This document shows, one piece after another, positions 40,201 through 54,836 of a stretch of 64,000 nt of DNA. Source of the stretch: the human T2T-CHM13v2.0 reference genome, Homo sapiens; assembly GCF_009914755.1 (NCBI RefSeq), contig NC_060926.1. One strand, given 5' to 3'. The notes under the pieces are model-generated. The model was not told the DNA's origin and ran no database searches. It was given only the letters and a program-made list of their open reading frames with translations. The position numbers were made by a program, and so were the translations under genes. Each line of letters begins with the position of its first letter. Position 1 is the first letter of the stretch.

Positions 40201-43200
40201 AAGAACATGACTCATTGCATGAGGAGCCCCTACAATTCTTGTTATGAAAGTACTGGTTGAATTTTCTCTTACTGTTGACATATGTTTGAGATCCCTGACT
40301 TCCTAACACTGAGATCTGCTCGTTAAAGACAGTTTTTAGAAATAGGTCTTCTGTGTCTTTCAACTTGAGAGTGGCAAGAAACACTGGCAAAGATAAAAAG
40401 TAGTATAAATGATTCTGTGATGAGTTTGCCCTTGTCCCTAAAGATCTAGCAAGGCCCCCATCATGAGAGAGGAAGAACAGGGGCCAGGCACACAGAGTCA
40501 TTGTTTCGACCCACATTGGATTAGCTGATTACTAAGAGATTTCTGTTCTCTTGGAGACATCATAGACATAGTCAAAATGTAGAACAATGATATCAGACTG
40601 CTACTCAGCAAATGTGAAAGGCGTCACTGGCTGGTCACTAACGTGCTCCAAAGCTTACCAGACCATATGAAAAGATAGCACAGACCCACCCACCGTCTCA
40701 GATGCTTTTCACGTTATCAGTGGAGACAAAAAATGATGCTTAAGTTACAACAGGCAGGGTTCAGAATGCTGAACCAATTGCCATACTATTTATCAGCTGT
40801 GCATTTGAGGTCTGTGAAAGGGCTAAGAATTCATTAATTAGCCATTACCTGAGACCAGTTATAGCTCTGAGCAGACAAGATCAGCATGACATCAATAATT
40901 ACAACAAGAAGTAATGTTGCTGTCACCCTTACAGTATAGTCTTTTCTTGACAAGCTTGTTTGAGCATTATTGGAATATTGTGAGGTAGAAATAATGAGTA
41001 TTCCCATTTTCTGGAAGCCCAGAGAGGTCCATCATAACATGTTAGCCTAATGAGAGAGCAGGGACTCAAGCTATGTTTTCTGACTCCAAATCCATGACCT
41101 TGGCATTGCTTCCCAGTAGACCCCCATTGTGAGAAGACGGGATGAGAAAAATAAGATGATGAATGTCAAAGTACTTGATCATTGTGGCTTAGATTCAAAG
41201 GCCAGTCCACTCCTGGCTCCATCCCCATTGCTGAGACCCGGTTACTGTTATTCTGAACTCTGTGGCCCAGCCTTTGATCCCGGGTTCTTCTGATGAGCCT
41301 CTGACTGGAATTTTGACCTTGCTGTTTGACTTCTGGGAGAGCTGGATCCGTTTTCTGCTTCTACTTGTTTATTCCTGCATCCTCCCACCTAGGGACATTA
41401 CTCAACCCAAGAGCCCCGACCCACTCTCCCATCCTGTCAGGCTTGACCTCTGCCCATTCTTGTGCATATCCATCCAAATTCTAGGCCCCAGGCCCTAACC
41501 ATTGGCACTTAAGTCCCCACTGAGTAACTGAGCTGCTCAGCCTCCATCAGTCTGCCAGGCACCAGGATACCATCATCAGCACGTGTGCATTCTGCTATGC
41601 ACTCTTCCTTTTCTTTCTCTGATTCTTGTCAGTCTCTAATTAAGCCGGTTGTCAATTTGCCAAGCAGTCAGCAAAAGTGCCCATAACTTCACGCAGTAGA
41701 AGATGAGCTCCTGAGTTGAATGACTGCCTAGCTGTTTTCAGGATTATTTTAATAACACTTTTTATTTGGCATTATCAAGGAGTAGGGTAGTTCCAGAAGT
41801 GAATTCTCCAGATAATTAAAATTTGGGATGTCAGATCTTACATTAAGAATTTTATAGGAGGCCTTCTATAATGCTTTGTGTACTTTTCTGCCTTCTTAAG
41901 CCAAAGATACAGATCATATGATCGTATTTTAACCCATCTCAGGAAACCGAGTGTCATCACTGAGTAATCTCATTTTGGACGGCTTGGATTTGGGGATTTG
42001 CACTCCATTTTCACCATTATTAAGTGTGTCAGGTTTACAACAGCCTTAAGATCTGGCTTTCTGCTTCAGTGGAGCTCATTTATTGTGTACCTCCTATGTG
42101 CAAAAGACTGCCACAGTGGTGTGGACCCTAAGGAACTTACTGTCTAATCTTCTAAAAGTTAGAAAATTAGAGATACAGCCTCTTAGGACAATTTTGAATG
42201 GGAGCTCTTCTTTGCCAAATAATGTTACACTGACTTTAGGTGCTTAGATGTCTTTCGTTTTCCCGTTTTGTTCATTCATTGAGCAGTTCTATAGACCAAA
42301 CTGTACTAGGTGCTGAGGTTATAAACAATGAATGAAGTATTGTCCCTAACGTGCAGACCCTTCCTCCCTGGTTTTCAACCATTTGCCAGAAGGGTAGGTT
42401 CCAGTTACCAAAAGTCTGACCGCCTGACCCATCCTCCAAGTTGAAAATAGCTACTTAAATGTGCACACACACAAACCCGCATACCTATTAATGTAACACA
42501 TTATTTCCACTTAAAGCTACCAAAATATAATTCCTATGAACATTAGCAATAAAAAGAATAAGAATAAAATGTAAGACAAGTATAAAAGATCTAGATTCTT
42601 AGAATCCAGTGATAATTTTGTGAGCTATCTCAAGCTGGATTCCTGGAAAAAGATACCCCACTCTATAAAAAAAAATTTTAATTTGTCTTTTGTGGTCTTT
42701 TAATAATCTCAATAATGCTACCATCTTTTCCTATTAAATATGTTTTTGGTAAAGGAAGAAAAATATTAATATGTCTAACAGCCAAGATTCCTTGGGAAAA
42801 GCATACAAAATTAATAAATAGGTCTAAAATAAATACATGGTTGCTTCCTTTTCCGATCACAAAATAATACAAATCTTGGGAACATTTGCACACTGTTCAT
42901 TTTAAAATAAAATAAACTGCTCTGAGATAAGTACTTCAGAAATTACAAGGATGTAGGTGTTGTTATGAGAAGTGTACAAAGGGAAAAAGGATAACCAAAT
43001 GTGTAGCGGCTAAAAGAATTTGAAAACTCCAACCGTAAGAGACTTTTTTCCATGACTTAATGAGGCTTTCTTAAGTACACATTCAGATGCTACGGAAATT
43101 CCCACTTCCAGATTAGGGAATTTTTGTATCTTCAATTTTTTTTTTTTCTTATTGTCTGCTTTAGTAGAGTTTTCCCTCTAGCTTCATTTGGGAAAATTTC

Positions 43201-43811
43201 ATCTTCACTGTACTTTCCTTCCCAAGATGCAATTATGTTGACAATTTAGTGATTTATTTGAAAGGTGTTCTGACCAGTTATGGGTCACATTTGAAAAGCA
43301 TCTGTGTTAACAGCTTGACATATGAAAATACAGCAAAACAGACAAGCTTTGATGCTGTCTTGGCCAGCCTTATCTCCAGTTTTATGGCCCTGGCTAGGAG
43401 ACCTGATATATTTAGCCATTGAACTGCCATGTCAAGTCAGTGACATTTTGGAATTTTCCTACTCATTGGATATTCACGTTGCTTAACCACGTTCAGCCCC
43501 CTCCAACCCCCCAATCCCTGCCCAAAATAGAAAAATAAAACTACCTTAAGAAAGAGCGCCTGAAGTAAGTCTGAAAAGAAAGCATAATTGTTCATTTTTG
43601 TCTCTCATAATCAAATAAGCAGGCTTGGGAATTTACAAAGAAGAGCTATGTAAAATCTGCAAAGCATTATTAAAGCCTGAAAGAAGAGGTAATAAGAGAA
43701 ACGAGAGACAGATAGGAATTGTTAGCTTCATTTATCTTAATACTTCCACCTGAGTATTTTTTCACTTGTAAAGAAATGTAAGAATGTGTGTGTCTTTAAA
43801 AAGTACTTTTT

Positions 43812-43947
43812 CTGTAATCCCAGCACTTTAGGAGGCTGAGGTAGGAAGATTGCTTGAGGTCAGGAGTTCGAGACCAGACTGGGCAACATAGTGAGACCTC
43901 ATCTCGAAAGAAGAAGAAGAAAAATAAATAAAAAGGAAAAAAAAAAG
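43812..43947 (+). mobile_element. Alu left monomer (FLAM/AluJ-like) with A-rich tail
   Basis: ctgtaatcccagcactttaggaggctgagg...gggcaacatagtgagacctcatctc followed by a (gaa)n/A tail. Confidence 0.9.
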
Positions 43948-46121
43948 CATTGTTTTCTAGAAATTTGCCTACAAAGAGGTTTTTCCAGAAAGACTTTTCT
44001 TAGTGTGTGGGTGTGTGTGCATATGAATGCATAGGAACAGAGGGTGCTGGCAGACAGCTGCTTTCCACAGCCAGGCCTGCAGTTTACCAGAGGACAGCAC
44101 AGTGAGGCAGCAGTCCTAGAGACCATCAGAATCTGGAAACAGAGTTAATTACCCTCCTGACAAGACAGTACTACACACAGACCCAACAGGGATGGCTGTG
44201 TATGCCTTCCACAGTTGTACATTTACAGAGTCACCCACCCATACTCAAGAACTGCTAATTGGTTGTCAGCTTTCCCAGGGCTGCTAATCAGAAAGAGTGC
44301 TTCACACATTTCTCAAAGGAGATAATTAATATTATTTCTGAGGGAGAACCAGCTCATAGTAATCTATCTAAGAACCTTGTATGGATTAATTCAAAACCAG
44401 CAGTTCAGTGGAGTAATACAGATTAGACAGCAATTTAAAAGCATCCATTAATATTGTCATTTAGGCTACATATACCTGAAATATAAAAATTATTGTATTG
44501 TTTCAGAAGTGAATATATATAATTATACATTTAAAAATAACTGAGGATCAAAGTATGTTCATTTTTATTGTTCTCCCAGAGTTGTTGAACTATATAATGT
44601 GAGGGTAAGACTGATCTACAAACTTTATACCAGCATCTTAAAAGGCTGAATTTGAGTTTCAGCTTCTTACTTCCTTGGCCAGTTTTTGGAGAATTTCTCA
44701 TAAAATAAACTAACAAAAGGCAAGAAAGTAGAGAGCTTAGATTTGTTTGCTTAACACATTTATAACACCTGAATAACCGAATATGTATTTATGGTTTAGT
44801 ACCGTGGCCTTGAAGTTAGATTCATGATTTTCATTTTAACTTTATATTTTTAATCAAATTAATTGTGATCCCAGTAGCTTAATTTCGCCATTGAGTAGAT
44901 AAAATTGCTCCTAGGAAATATGTGAGCATCAATATAAAATACCGATGGTGTTTTTCAATAACAGTGTCTGAAGCTCTCTAATTTGTAAAAAATACTAACA
45001 TTTTCCTGGAAATAATTTTACTGACAAGACATCTGTTAGGCTTTTTAGGTTATGAAAGAAGTAACCCTAAATTTTTAATAAATGTAAAATAAAGAATCAA
45101 CATGTGTTTGTGTATGTTATTGCACGTTAGAAGATATTTTCTTTCAAAATTTTGTTTTCTAAGACTTGGGATAAGAATTGGTGGCTGAGCATCTGCACTC
45201 CTGACACAATCCCAAGGGTTCTTTAAAAATAGCTCTTCTGGACAGTGTAAGGTGCTTGGAGGGTCTCTAAAAATCGTTCAAGAAAACAACAGGTAGAGGA
45301 GAGGAAAGTTTCCCACTCAGATGCTGAGTAGAAAACAGCAAACCAATGTAGACATAACAAACACCCATTTTTGTTCTTTATTGCTTCTAGGCTCAGAATA
45401 TTTTAGAATTCTTCTCCACAAGGAAGCTGTTGGAGGGTTCCCTTTAGAAATAGTTGTAGCCAAAGACAGTGAATTCCTGCTGTTTCAAGCCTTCTTCCTT
45501 TGGAGGACATTAAGGTATTTCTTTGATTCCTCAGCTGATTCAATACAAGATGAGATAGAATTTCAAGGTGATCCTATAAACAGTACTTCACTGAATTTCC
45601 CCTCTCCAAAACCCCACCTCTGTGCAAGGATTTCCTCATTCTCCTAAATGAGGAAATCTAAGAACATTTCTCTCCTTTGAAAGAGGCCTACTAACACATT
45701 TCTACCAAGCTAGTTTAACGGGGGACAGTTTTCTTTGCTCCAAGCAGCAAGTATCATGTACAGGGATGCATCAGTGCCGCCAGAAATCTTAGCAGGACCT
45801 CTGTTCAATTGAACTTTGTTTACGAAACACGCCAAAGATAGGGGATCACCATCATCCTAGAAAGGCTTGTATTCTCCGACACACAGTTTCAGTGCCATAC
45901 CCCCTGTAACATAGGAGCACAGAAATGTAGGATTTAAATGAGAATCTTCTGGTCTTCAGACCAAAATCCGACAGGCAATTTCCGTATTCAAAGCACTGTT
46001 GCATAGACTAGAGAAAAGTCTGGGATAATAACAATTCCTGATGAGCAAATTTCAGAATGCTCTAACTTTTAGACAAGCAGAATGTATATTTCACATACTT
46101 TGCTCACACTCCCTCAAGCCT

Positions 46122-46158
46122 CTTTATTTATTTATTTATTTTTTTTTTTTTTTTTTTT
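46122..46158 (+). repeat. (TTTA)n plus poly-T low-complexity tract
   Basis: Direct read. Confidence 0.85.
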
Positions 46159-48569
46159 TGGATGAGAAACAGTCATACTGAGATACTATGATTCTAGATT
46201 CTTTAAAATCACCTCTTCTCCCACCAGGAACTCTCTTGGATAAAAGCTATGTTAAGAATCTGACCAGCTCTTGGTCATTATTCTTTAAGAACTATAAATA
46301 TAATATTGATTTGAAATGCTTTAATTGAGAACAGTGTCAAATATGTCTCACTTTGGAGCTAATTATTTAGCATAAGAAATTGAATCTCAGTTGTCTCATG
46401 GCACTTGTTTCCAAAAAATTGCCCTGACATTAGTAATAGGATCAGTTCTGAGATTATATAATAATATGTTGGACTGGAAGCAAACTCTCAAATATGTTTA
46501 ACAATAATGTGAGATTTTTTTCTAGATAATTCATAAATAGGTAGATAGTCTATATACTTACCGGTCATATTTTTGTCGTAATGTTGTTCTCATGGAAATC
46601 TAACTACTCTGGCTATGGTCTCACATGATAGGAAACCAAGCACTAAAATGTTGGGAGAATGACGAAAGGCAGTACACTATAATGGATGACTTCAATTGAA
46701 ATGCCAGGAGACAACTAGTTGCCTGCAAATGTGTACAACTCAACAGTTACTCCAATTACATAGGGTATTAGCAGTAAGGACCCAAGACACATGTGTTACC
46801 ACCCGGAAAAAAACTTTAAAATTTGTTCCAGTTTGTGTCTGAGTAGGAAAATGAGATGTATTTGTTAAATGTAATAAAATGAGATGCCAAGTGTTAAAAT
46901 GTCTTCTTAAGAAAACCTAGATTTCTAGCTATATTTCACATATCACAATGACTATTGTTGTGTTCACCCTAATCTATTGAGGGGAAATTGAATAGTTCTA
47001 ATGTAAATTGAAAGTTTTCATGAATAAAAGATTTTGTTGTGTTTTTCTGTGTTTAATGTTAAATATTGAGGGTATAAAAATTTGAAATGGCTGTACTTCC
47101 CTGTTTCTTTCATCTAATATAGGTCATAAGTGAATGGGAAAATACTAATTTCAGAGGCACAAAATGATTTTTTGCTTCTTGCATGCTACAGCGTTGAGGC
47201 TTGGAAGGTATCCCATGGGACTTGTTTTACCTGAAATATTTAACACACACATTGTAAGACCAGCACATACTGAACGGCCCTTTATGCAATTTTATTTGTT
47301 CAAGTGAACAAAACCTGTTATGCTGAATATTTTAGGAAAACATATTGAACATATTTCCTCTCCTGGAGAAATGTGTGTTAGATGTACATCTGTGACTGTG
47401 TACCTAACTGTTGAAGCCATTTGGATAGATTGGCTTCTGTGACTGATACGGGGCTGCCCAAGTCAGCATTGTGGTTCTGATCCTCAAATAACCCAGTCCA
47501 TTTGTTCCTTTCACTTTCTAGCCACAGATCACAACCTTAATCGCATGTTAATCTAATATATTTTTTAAAAAACAGCACATACATCACTATTGAGAGCAAA
47601 TATCATTTAGAGGTAGAAGATCATCTTTGTAAAAGTTGGACGATGGATTCTCTAAGCAAATCCCTAAAATTCACTGCTGCTAAAATTCCATACTACCCTA
47701 TGATATGATGATTATACATTTTTCAAGGTCAGTTTAATCTTCAGTATATACTTTTCCATAGTATGTTTTCTGAAGGCAAAATTTTCTCATAAATTTCACA
47801 TATTAAATGTCAGTAAAGAATAGAAGATTTTGGTATGTGTAGATATGCTTAAGACATTTCTTTACCCATAAGCTGTCCAGGAAAGCAGTGTGCCTAGAGT
47901 TCAGAATTCTTCCCTCAACTTTGGCCTAATCGCTCTAGAACATAGAAGTCCTTTCTCACTGGGATAACCTGTGGTGGGTTTACTTAAACCTGATACTTGC
48001 CTTCTACGCTCTCTCATATTTGTGGTTAGAGTAATTTTGACAAAACATTGGCAGTCTTGGGACTGAAGACTGGAATAGAATCATTATTTGGGGTAGCTAA
48101 GAAAAGTAGTGATAAAAGAAAGACTAATAGGTTTGAGAACTAAAGATGTTTGCAGTAAATTTTAAGAGAATGGAGGGGAGCAGCAATACGCTAACTCAGG
48201 ATGTCTTAAAACAACTAAACTTTAGTTATTTTTTGATGTTTACAGTTATCTGTCAGGAAGAATACCTTGGTTATTGAAGGAAATTAGAAACTACATCAGT
48301 GAAAAGTTTATATAAAAATTTTAGTAAGATGCTGTTCTTTGTAATAAGAATAGAGAATGTGCTATACTCACTTGATACATATTTTTACTGGGAGAATGCT
48401 GATCTAAGCATCTCTTTAGTAAGTCATCGTTGCCTGCTACCTGTGAAGAGTTGAATCACTGTCCCCTTTTAGTAGATGGATAAAAATTTAGAACTCTTGA
48501 TCTCAGCAGTGGCAGCTAAAACACTTATTTTGATCTCTCTTCCCTGGTAACAGGAGATGAAACTTGAGA

Positions 48570-48770
48570 AAACAGTGTGGACTAATGGATAGAGTGTTGG
48601 ACAGGAGGTTGGGAACCTCTGTTCTGTTCTATTCCCAGCCTGCTACTGGGTTACTATGTAAACTTAGATAAGCCAGTTACCCTCTCTGCACCTCATATTT
48701 TCCATCTGCGAAAATGTAGGTAGAGACATTCTATACTCAGCTCTTTCACAAAGATATTGTGAGCAACAGC
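48570..48770 (+). mobile_element. MIR SINE
   Basis: ttctattcccagcctgctactg...cctctctgcacctcatattttccatctgcgaaaatg. Confidence 0.65.
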
Positions 48771-48914
48771 TTACTTTGAAGACGTTAGTATATTTTTGTT
48801 GAAAAGATGTTGCATAAGTATGTCAGTGCCTCTGTTCCCTTTGGCAACACCGTTCCCACAACCTGGCATTATATAAACTGTCCCTTATTGATGCATTGAG
48901 AAACAGGTACCATT

Positions 48915-49170
48915 ACAGCAGATTTTGTGTTGCACAGAAGCTGAGAGTGTGACTGGAGTCAGACTGCCTGGGTTTGAATCTTGGGTCCACCACAAACTAA
49001 TGCTGTAACCATGGGCAGGTCAGTGTGCTAGATTTCCTCATCTGTAAATTGAGGATAATAATAGCACCCACCTCATTGGAATATGGTAAAGCTGGAAGGC
49101 ATTTATGAACAGCACTTTAAACCTTATATAAATACATAATATGCTTTATGTAAGTATATGTAGTTACCGT
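48915..49170 (+). mobile_element. MIR SINE (copy 1 of the pair sharing an identical tract)
   Basis: ctggagtcagactgcctgggtttgaatc...tttcctcatctgtaaattgaggataataatagcacccacctca. Confidence 0.85.
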
Positions 49171-49881
49171 TATTACCCAAAGCAATTCTTCATTAATATG
49201 GTAAAGCGTCACCTCTGGTCTTGCTTTGTTTAGTGCCCTTATTCCCAGCATGGCTGCTCACTCTTTGTCCTGAATGTGTGTATCTCCCTCTGCTCCCACA
49301 AGTCTCTGGGCCCTGAGGATAAGTGTGTAGTTATCTGTCGTATCATCTACCATAAGTGAGGGAGTGCCACATAAAAGATAAAAGAAATCCAGGTGTTTTA
49401 AGCTAGTCTCAAAAACTGATTTATTAATTTGGAAAAAAAATAGTAACCGATTTCAGAAGTATTACAGAATGGGACTGAGATAATTGATAGTTGACAGCTG
49501 TATCCTGATTATTATAAAAAATAAACCGGAAAACATCAGGAAGAAATAGAAGAGCAGTTAACAATTTAAACAGAGTTCATGTTAACCTCTCTCGTCTGCT
49601 TCCAGTAGTGGTGACCATCAGAGAAGAATTGTGTGAAGGTACCAAAAACTGCATGAATTGCTCAAACGCAAAGAAGCAGAGTGTTCACATTTTCAAAAAT
49701 CTGAACACAAATATATCTGTTTCAGGGGTTAAAGATATTACTGGAGCATAAAAGTTTACGATTTGATGACAATTACTGATTTGATTTTTGTAACATTATG
49801 GTGTGGAATTTCAAAAATTGAATAGCATCTAAAAGGTAATCATATGTTTCATTGGTTATTTTTTTCTCTATTTATTATTAG

Positions 49882-50010
49882 AACCAACCATCATCACAGT
49901 TGATCCACCTGCATGTGGGGAGTTATCAAACTGCACTCTGACAGGGAAGGACTGCATTAATGGTTTCAAACGCGATCACAATGGTTGTCGGACCTGTCAG
50001 TGCATAAACA
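49882..50010 (+). CDS. CRIM1: CRIM1 coding exon (exon 8), 129 nt, antistasin-like repeat 1: EPTIITVDPPACGELSNCTLTGKDCINGFKRDHNGCRTCQCIN
   Basis: Translated by hand; acceptor tttattattag|AACC, donor AACA|gtgagt; CxxGFxxDxxGCxxCxC motif; phase 1 to 1. Confidence 0.96.
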
Positions 50011-50643
50011 GTGAGTAGACAGAAGACTGTATGTTTTTTCTGAGGCCTAATATGATATTGTCAAAGCATATTATGTAATTGAATATCTTTTTCACTTCTG
50101 TTCAGACATTCCCTTGACAACCTGAAAAAAAGGGGAAAAAAGTTATTTTTAACACAAACAAATACATAGTCATTTGGGAGAAAGGAGCTGCTGCTTTATT
50201 GTGTTTTTTTCTCTGTTTCCTTGATGGCCAGTTGCATCAGGAGTGCAACCTGGAGTGGCTTTGGAGTGCATCCTTCCAGCCACCCAGAACGCTCTCCCTT
50301 TAGTACACTTGCCAGGTCATCCAGTGACAAGGAGGTCACCCACGCATACAGTGTCACATTCCGCATATGACAGCCATAATCCTTAGACTGTGCTTCACTT
50401 TGTTGACCCCAGCTTTGCCTCCATGCAGATTCCAATCATGTATCCAGGCCCTGCCCTCTAGAGTATAGAAGAGTATATTGTATTTCTTCCAGAAAAAAAT
50501 AAAATAATACACACACACCCCACCCCCATATATGTTAAAACCATTTCGAATTCCCCTAATTCTTCTGCCGGAATAAACATCCTCATTCTCCTTGACCATT
50601 CTTCAGGTGACAGTTCCTAGAACTTTGTTGATCTTTACCATCA

Positions 50644-51001
<358 letters not shown>

Positions 51002-51249
51002 GGTACTCCACAATTTGGTCTGCTGAATACAGTGCTACTGTGTGGCCTAAGTTTGCATTAGCTCCTTGAATTGCACTTCGTTGGCTGATATTGAGGTTAT
51101 AAGTAGCTAAAAACACTAGGAACTTTTTTACATCACCTGCTGTTAGGTGGTTCTCATCTGTTCTGTAATAGAACGTTTGATTTTTTTTTTAAACGATATA
51201 AATACCCGGCCAAATATAACAAGAAATTATCCGAATCATTTTAAACCAT

Positions 51250-52070
51250 TTTCTAACTAGTTGGGATATTTTTGAATCTCAATAATGTGATCTTATACTT
51301 TATGCCTCCCAGCTTATATTAAATAAGCACAACTTATATATCCTTATCTAAATCACTGAATTAAAATAAACTGCACAGAACCAAGGACAAAGACCTGCAG
51401 AATGATGCTGAACATAGCTGCTTACAGTAGTCCTAAGCATTTATACCTTGAGTAGAGTTATTTAGCTGACAACATATATCTCCACAAGAAATCTTGAAAG
51501 ACACTTCGCCCGTATCTTGTCTGAAGTCAAAATATATTGCAAAATACATCAGAGCATTCCTTTGCTGGAAACCCTATTTTTAAAATGAGCTGAAGTTATA
51601 GGGGCCTGGCTTATTTTTCCAGAATCTGTACTGGCTCCTGGTAGTCAGTGCTTTATTCCCCTAAATGTCACAAATCATATATTTAACAATTATTTCTGAA
51701 GAATTTTCAGTTGTGAATGTCAATTTATGTAGTTTTTAGAACACTTTGTCCCTTTTGAATTGACATTTGGCCTATTTTCTTAAATCTCTTTCCATTCTCT
51801 TCGATCTCTCTCACACACAGTACTGGTTCTGTAATAAGCGGGCTTTCTGTGGGCCTGTGGTTGTAATTACCATGGCTCAGAGACTTGGACTTAACGTAGA
51901 CAGATGCTCACTTTCTGATTTATCAGTTATCTCAGGCTTTAACATACCACTTAACCTTAATTATTTGTCACTATTTTAAAAATATTTTTGAAGAAGATAC
52001 AAAATAGGAGTTAAGCCATTCTGCTTCCTCAGTTACATGTGACCATCACACTATCTACAGTGGCGTTAGT
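51250..52070 (-). mobile_element. L3/CR1 LINE relic (approximate; probably continues in fragments past the next Alu)
   Basis: ggcttatttttccagaatctgtactggctcctggtagtcagtgctt...aaatgtcacaaatcatatatttaacaattatttctg resembles the reversed CR1 reverse-transcriptase region. Confidence 0.55.
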
Positions 52071-52086
52071 GCTAAAACTGAGTTTA

Positions 52087-52409
<323 letters not shown>

Positions 52410-53869
52410 CTCTTGTTGAGCTTGTAGTTACTACCATCTTTAAATTTCCTATAAGCCTCTACCCATTTGGGGGTATTCTGACTTCCTACACTTGATTCTG
52501 TTCGGGGAAGGGTCAGTCCCTGTTGCCTTTTATACCTCCCTTTAGAAAGCCAAGTTCACTAGAGTTGCCTTGGCAGCCCAAGTTTTCTCAAATGGCCAAC
52601 CTTGTTTTTTGAACAAGATAATTAGTAATTGTCATGAAGTGTTTATATTTTAATCCTTCTAATGCCTCTTACATTAAGAAAGCTACATCTTTCTTAACAT
52701 GGGATCATATATATTAATACATTTTTTCTGAGTTTCTAAAAAGTCTAAAAATACAGATTTCATTGTGTCCAGTCACCTCACCTACACTTGCGCCTGGGTT
52801 TTGCTATTGTGAAATCTTGGCCACCCGGTCATGCTTATCTAAGACTTCGGTCACTTCACACGGAATCTTTCATCATTAAGTTCAAAGAAGCAGTTTCCCT
52901 CAACTGCCTTTGAAGGAAGAGTCAAAATATGTCCCTTGGCAAATAGTCACTGGCAAATAGTCATTTGGCAAGTTGAGACTATAAGGAGGATGCATATTTA
53001 CCCTATCTTTAGGTTAGTGTTTTGTTTGGCATTTTAAAAGGATCATCAGCATGTGCTACCTGAGTGCACCTCTGTTTCATTCACACTTAGGAAGAAATAG
53101 GTACAGGAGGAGACCATTGCATTTTGTATCAATAAATTTATTATTTGCAAATTGTACCCATTTATACAGATAGCTGGCCTTCCTTCCTTCCTTTTTTCAC
53201 CTAATATAAACAGAGCACCTGCCACATTCTAGGTAGTATTCTAGGTATTAAGGCCACAAAGATGACTAAAATGCAAGACCTTCCCTAAGGAAAAAAGTCT
53301 TCTGTAGCATAAACACTCATGAAATATCACTACTTTAAGCCAAAAGCTATAACGTACAAATGTAAATTATTTTAAGAGGAAGCTTTGGTCCTTCAGCAGA
53401 ACCCAGGCTTATGTTCACACCAGAGTAGAGAAAGAACTGCCCGTCTCCCAGGGCTCTACTTGGTGCTCAGCAGATACTGGCTGAGTGAATAAAAAGGAAA
53501 CCTTCAGGATCAGAGATGCCTTTGGATATCATTCTTGCCTGAGATCTCCCTTTGAGGTCTTGCTATTCTAATAATATATCCATCTTATTTTGGATTCTTC
53601 TTAAAGTTAGTCTTGTCATCTCGCTCACTGCCCCACTGTATACCTAAAGACTTACTTCAACACTGATTGGAATTTTTCAGGTTGTCCTATACAGAAGTCT
53701 AGACATACAGCATTCTGCTGTCACCTCCCCCATTCGTATTAGCAATCCAGGTTATTTGGCAACTTTGGAAGCCACACCTTTGGGATGTCAGTCAAATCAA
53801 ACCAAATTTCCAGGTCCTGGGTTTTGTCAGATTCTTGCGATCGTATGCAACTCTCCTCTCAGGCTCTGC

Positions 53870-54130
53870 ACAGCAGCTTTTGTGTTGCACAGAAGCTGAG
53901 AGTGTGACTGGAGTCAGACTGCCTGGGTTTGAATCTTGGGTCCACCACAAATTATGCTGACTTCCACATGGGTAATAAAGGCAAGTTGCTTTACTTCTTT
54001 GGGACTCTGTGTCCACATATGTAAAGGGCAAATAATAGTACCTAACTAATGGGTTATTTTGAGGACTAAATAAATGAATGAATGCAAAGCTAACTCTGGC
54101 TGGCATATGGCCGTTGCTTACTCTGCACTG
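53870..54130 (+). mobile_element. MIR SINE (copy 2 of the pair sharing an identical tract)
   Basis: ctggagtcagactgcctgggtttgaatc...aataatagtacctaactaatgggttattttgaggactaaataa. Confidence 0.85.
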
Positions 54131-54524
54131 TAACTATTTTATAGCATCTTCTTCTGAGTCGGCCCAAGCTAGCCAACATGGAAAGCCCCCAGCGTCCCCG
54201 CCCCCCTTTGTTCCCACCCCATCAGCCTGCCTCCAGTTCTTCCCGCCCTCTAAGGACACTCACACCAACAGCTTTCCTTTTACTTTTTCATTTCATTGTA
54301 ACCCTCAAATATTATCTTTCTCCTCCTTGGTTTTAGAGAAGGGAGTTTCTTATAGCCAACTATGGAATAATAGGTTGTTTTTTTTCTATTGCAGCTGCTT
54401 TATATAGGTATTTATTTTGTCCCAAATTCACCCTTACATTATTTTTCTGCATCCCATCAAAACCTTTTTCACATACAGTAGTCCTAAGCATTTATACCTG
54501 TTTTCTCTTAAGGATTAGGCCTAG

Positions 54525-54836
<312 letters not shown>

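Noticed and set aside
46848-46902. Degenerate 28-bp period repeat (aaaatgagatg...tgttaaa)
   Set aside because: Short, AT-rich and diverged; an ordinary old slippage event
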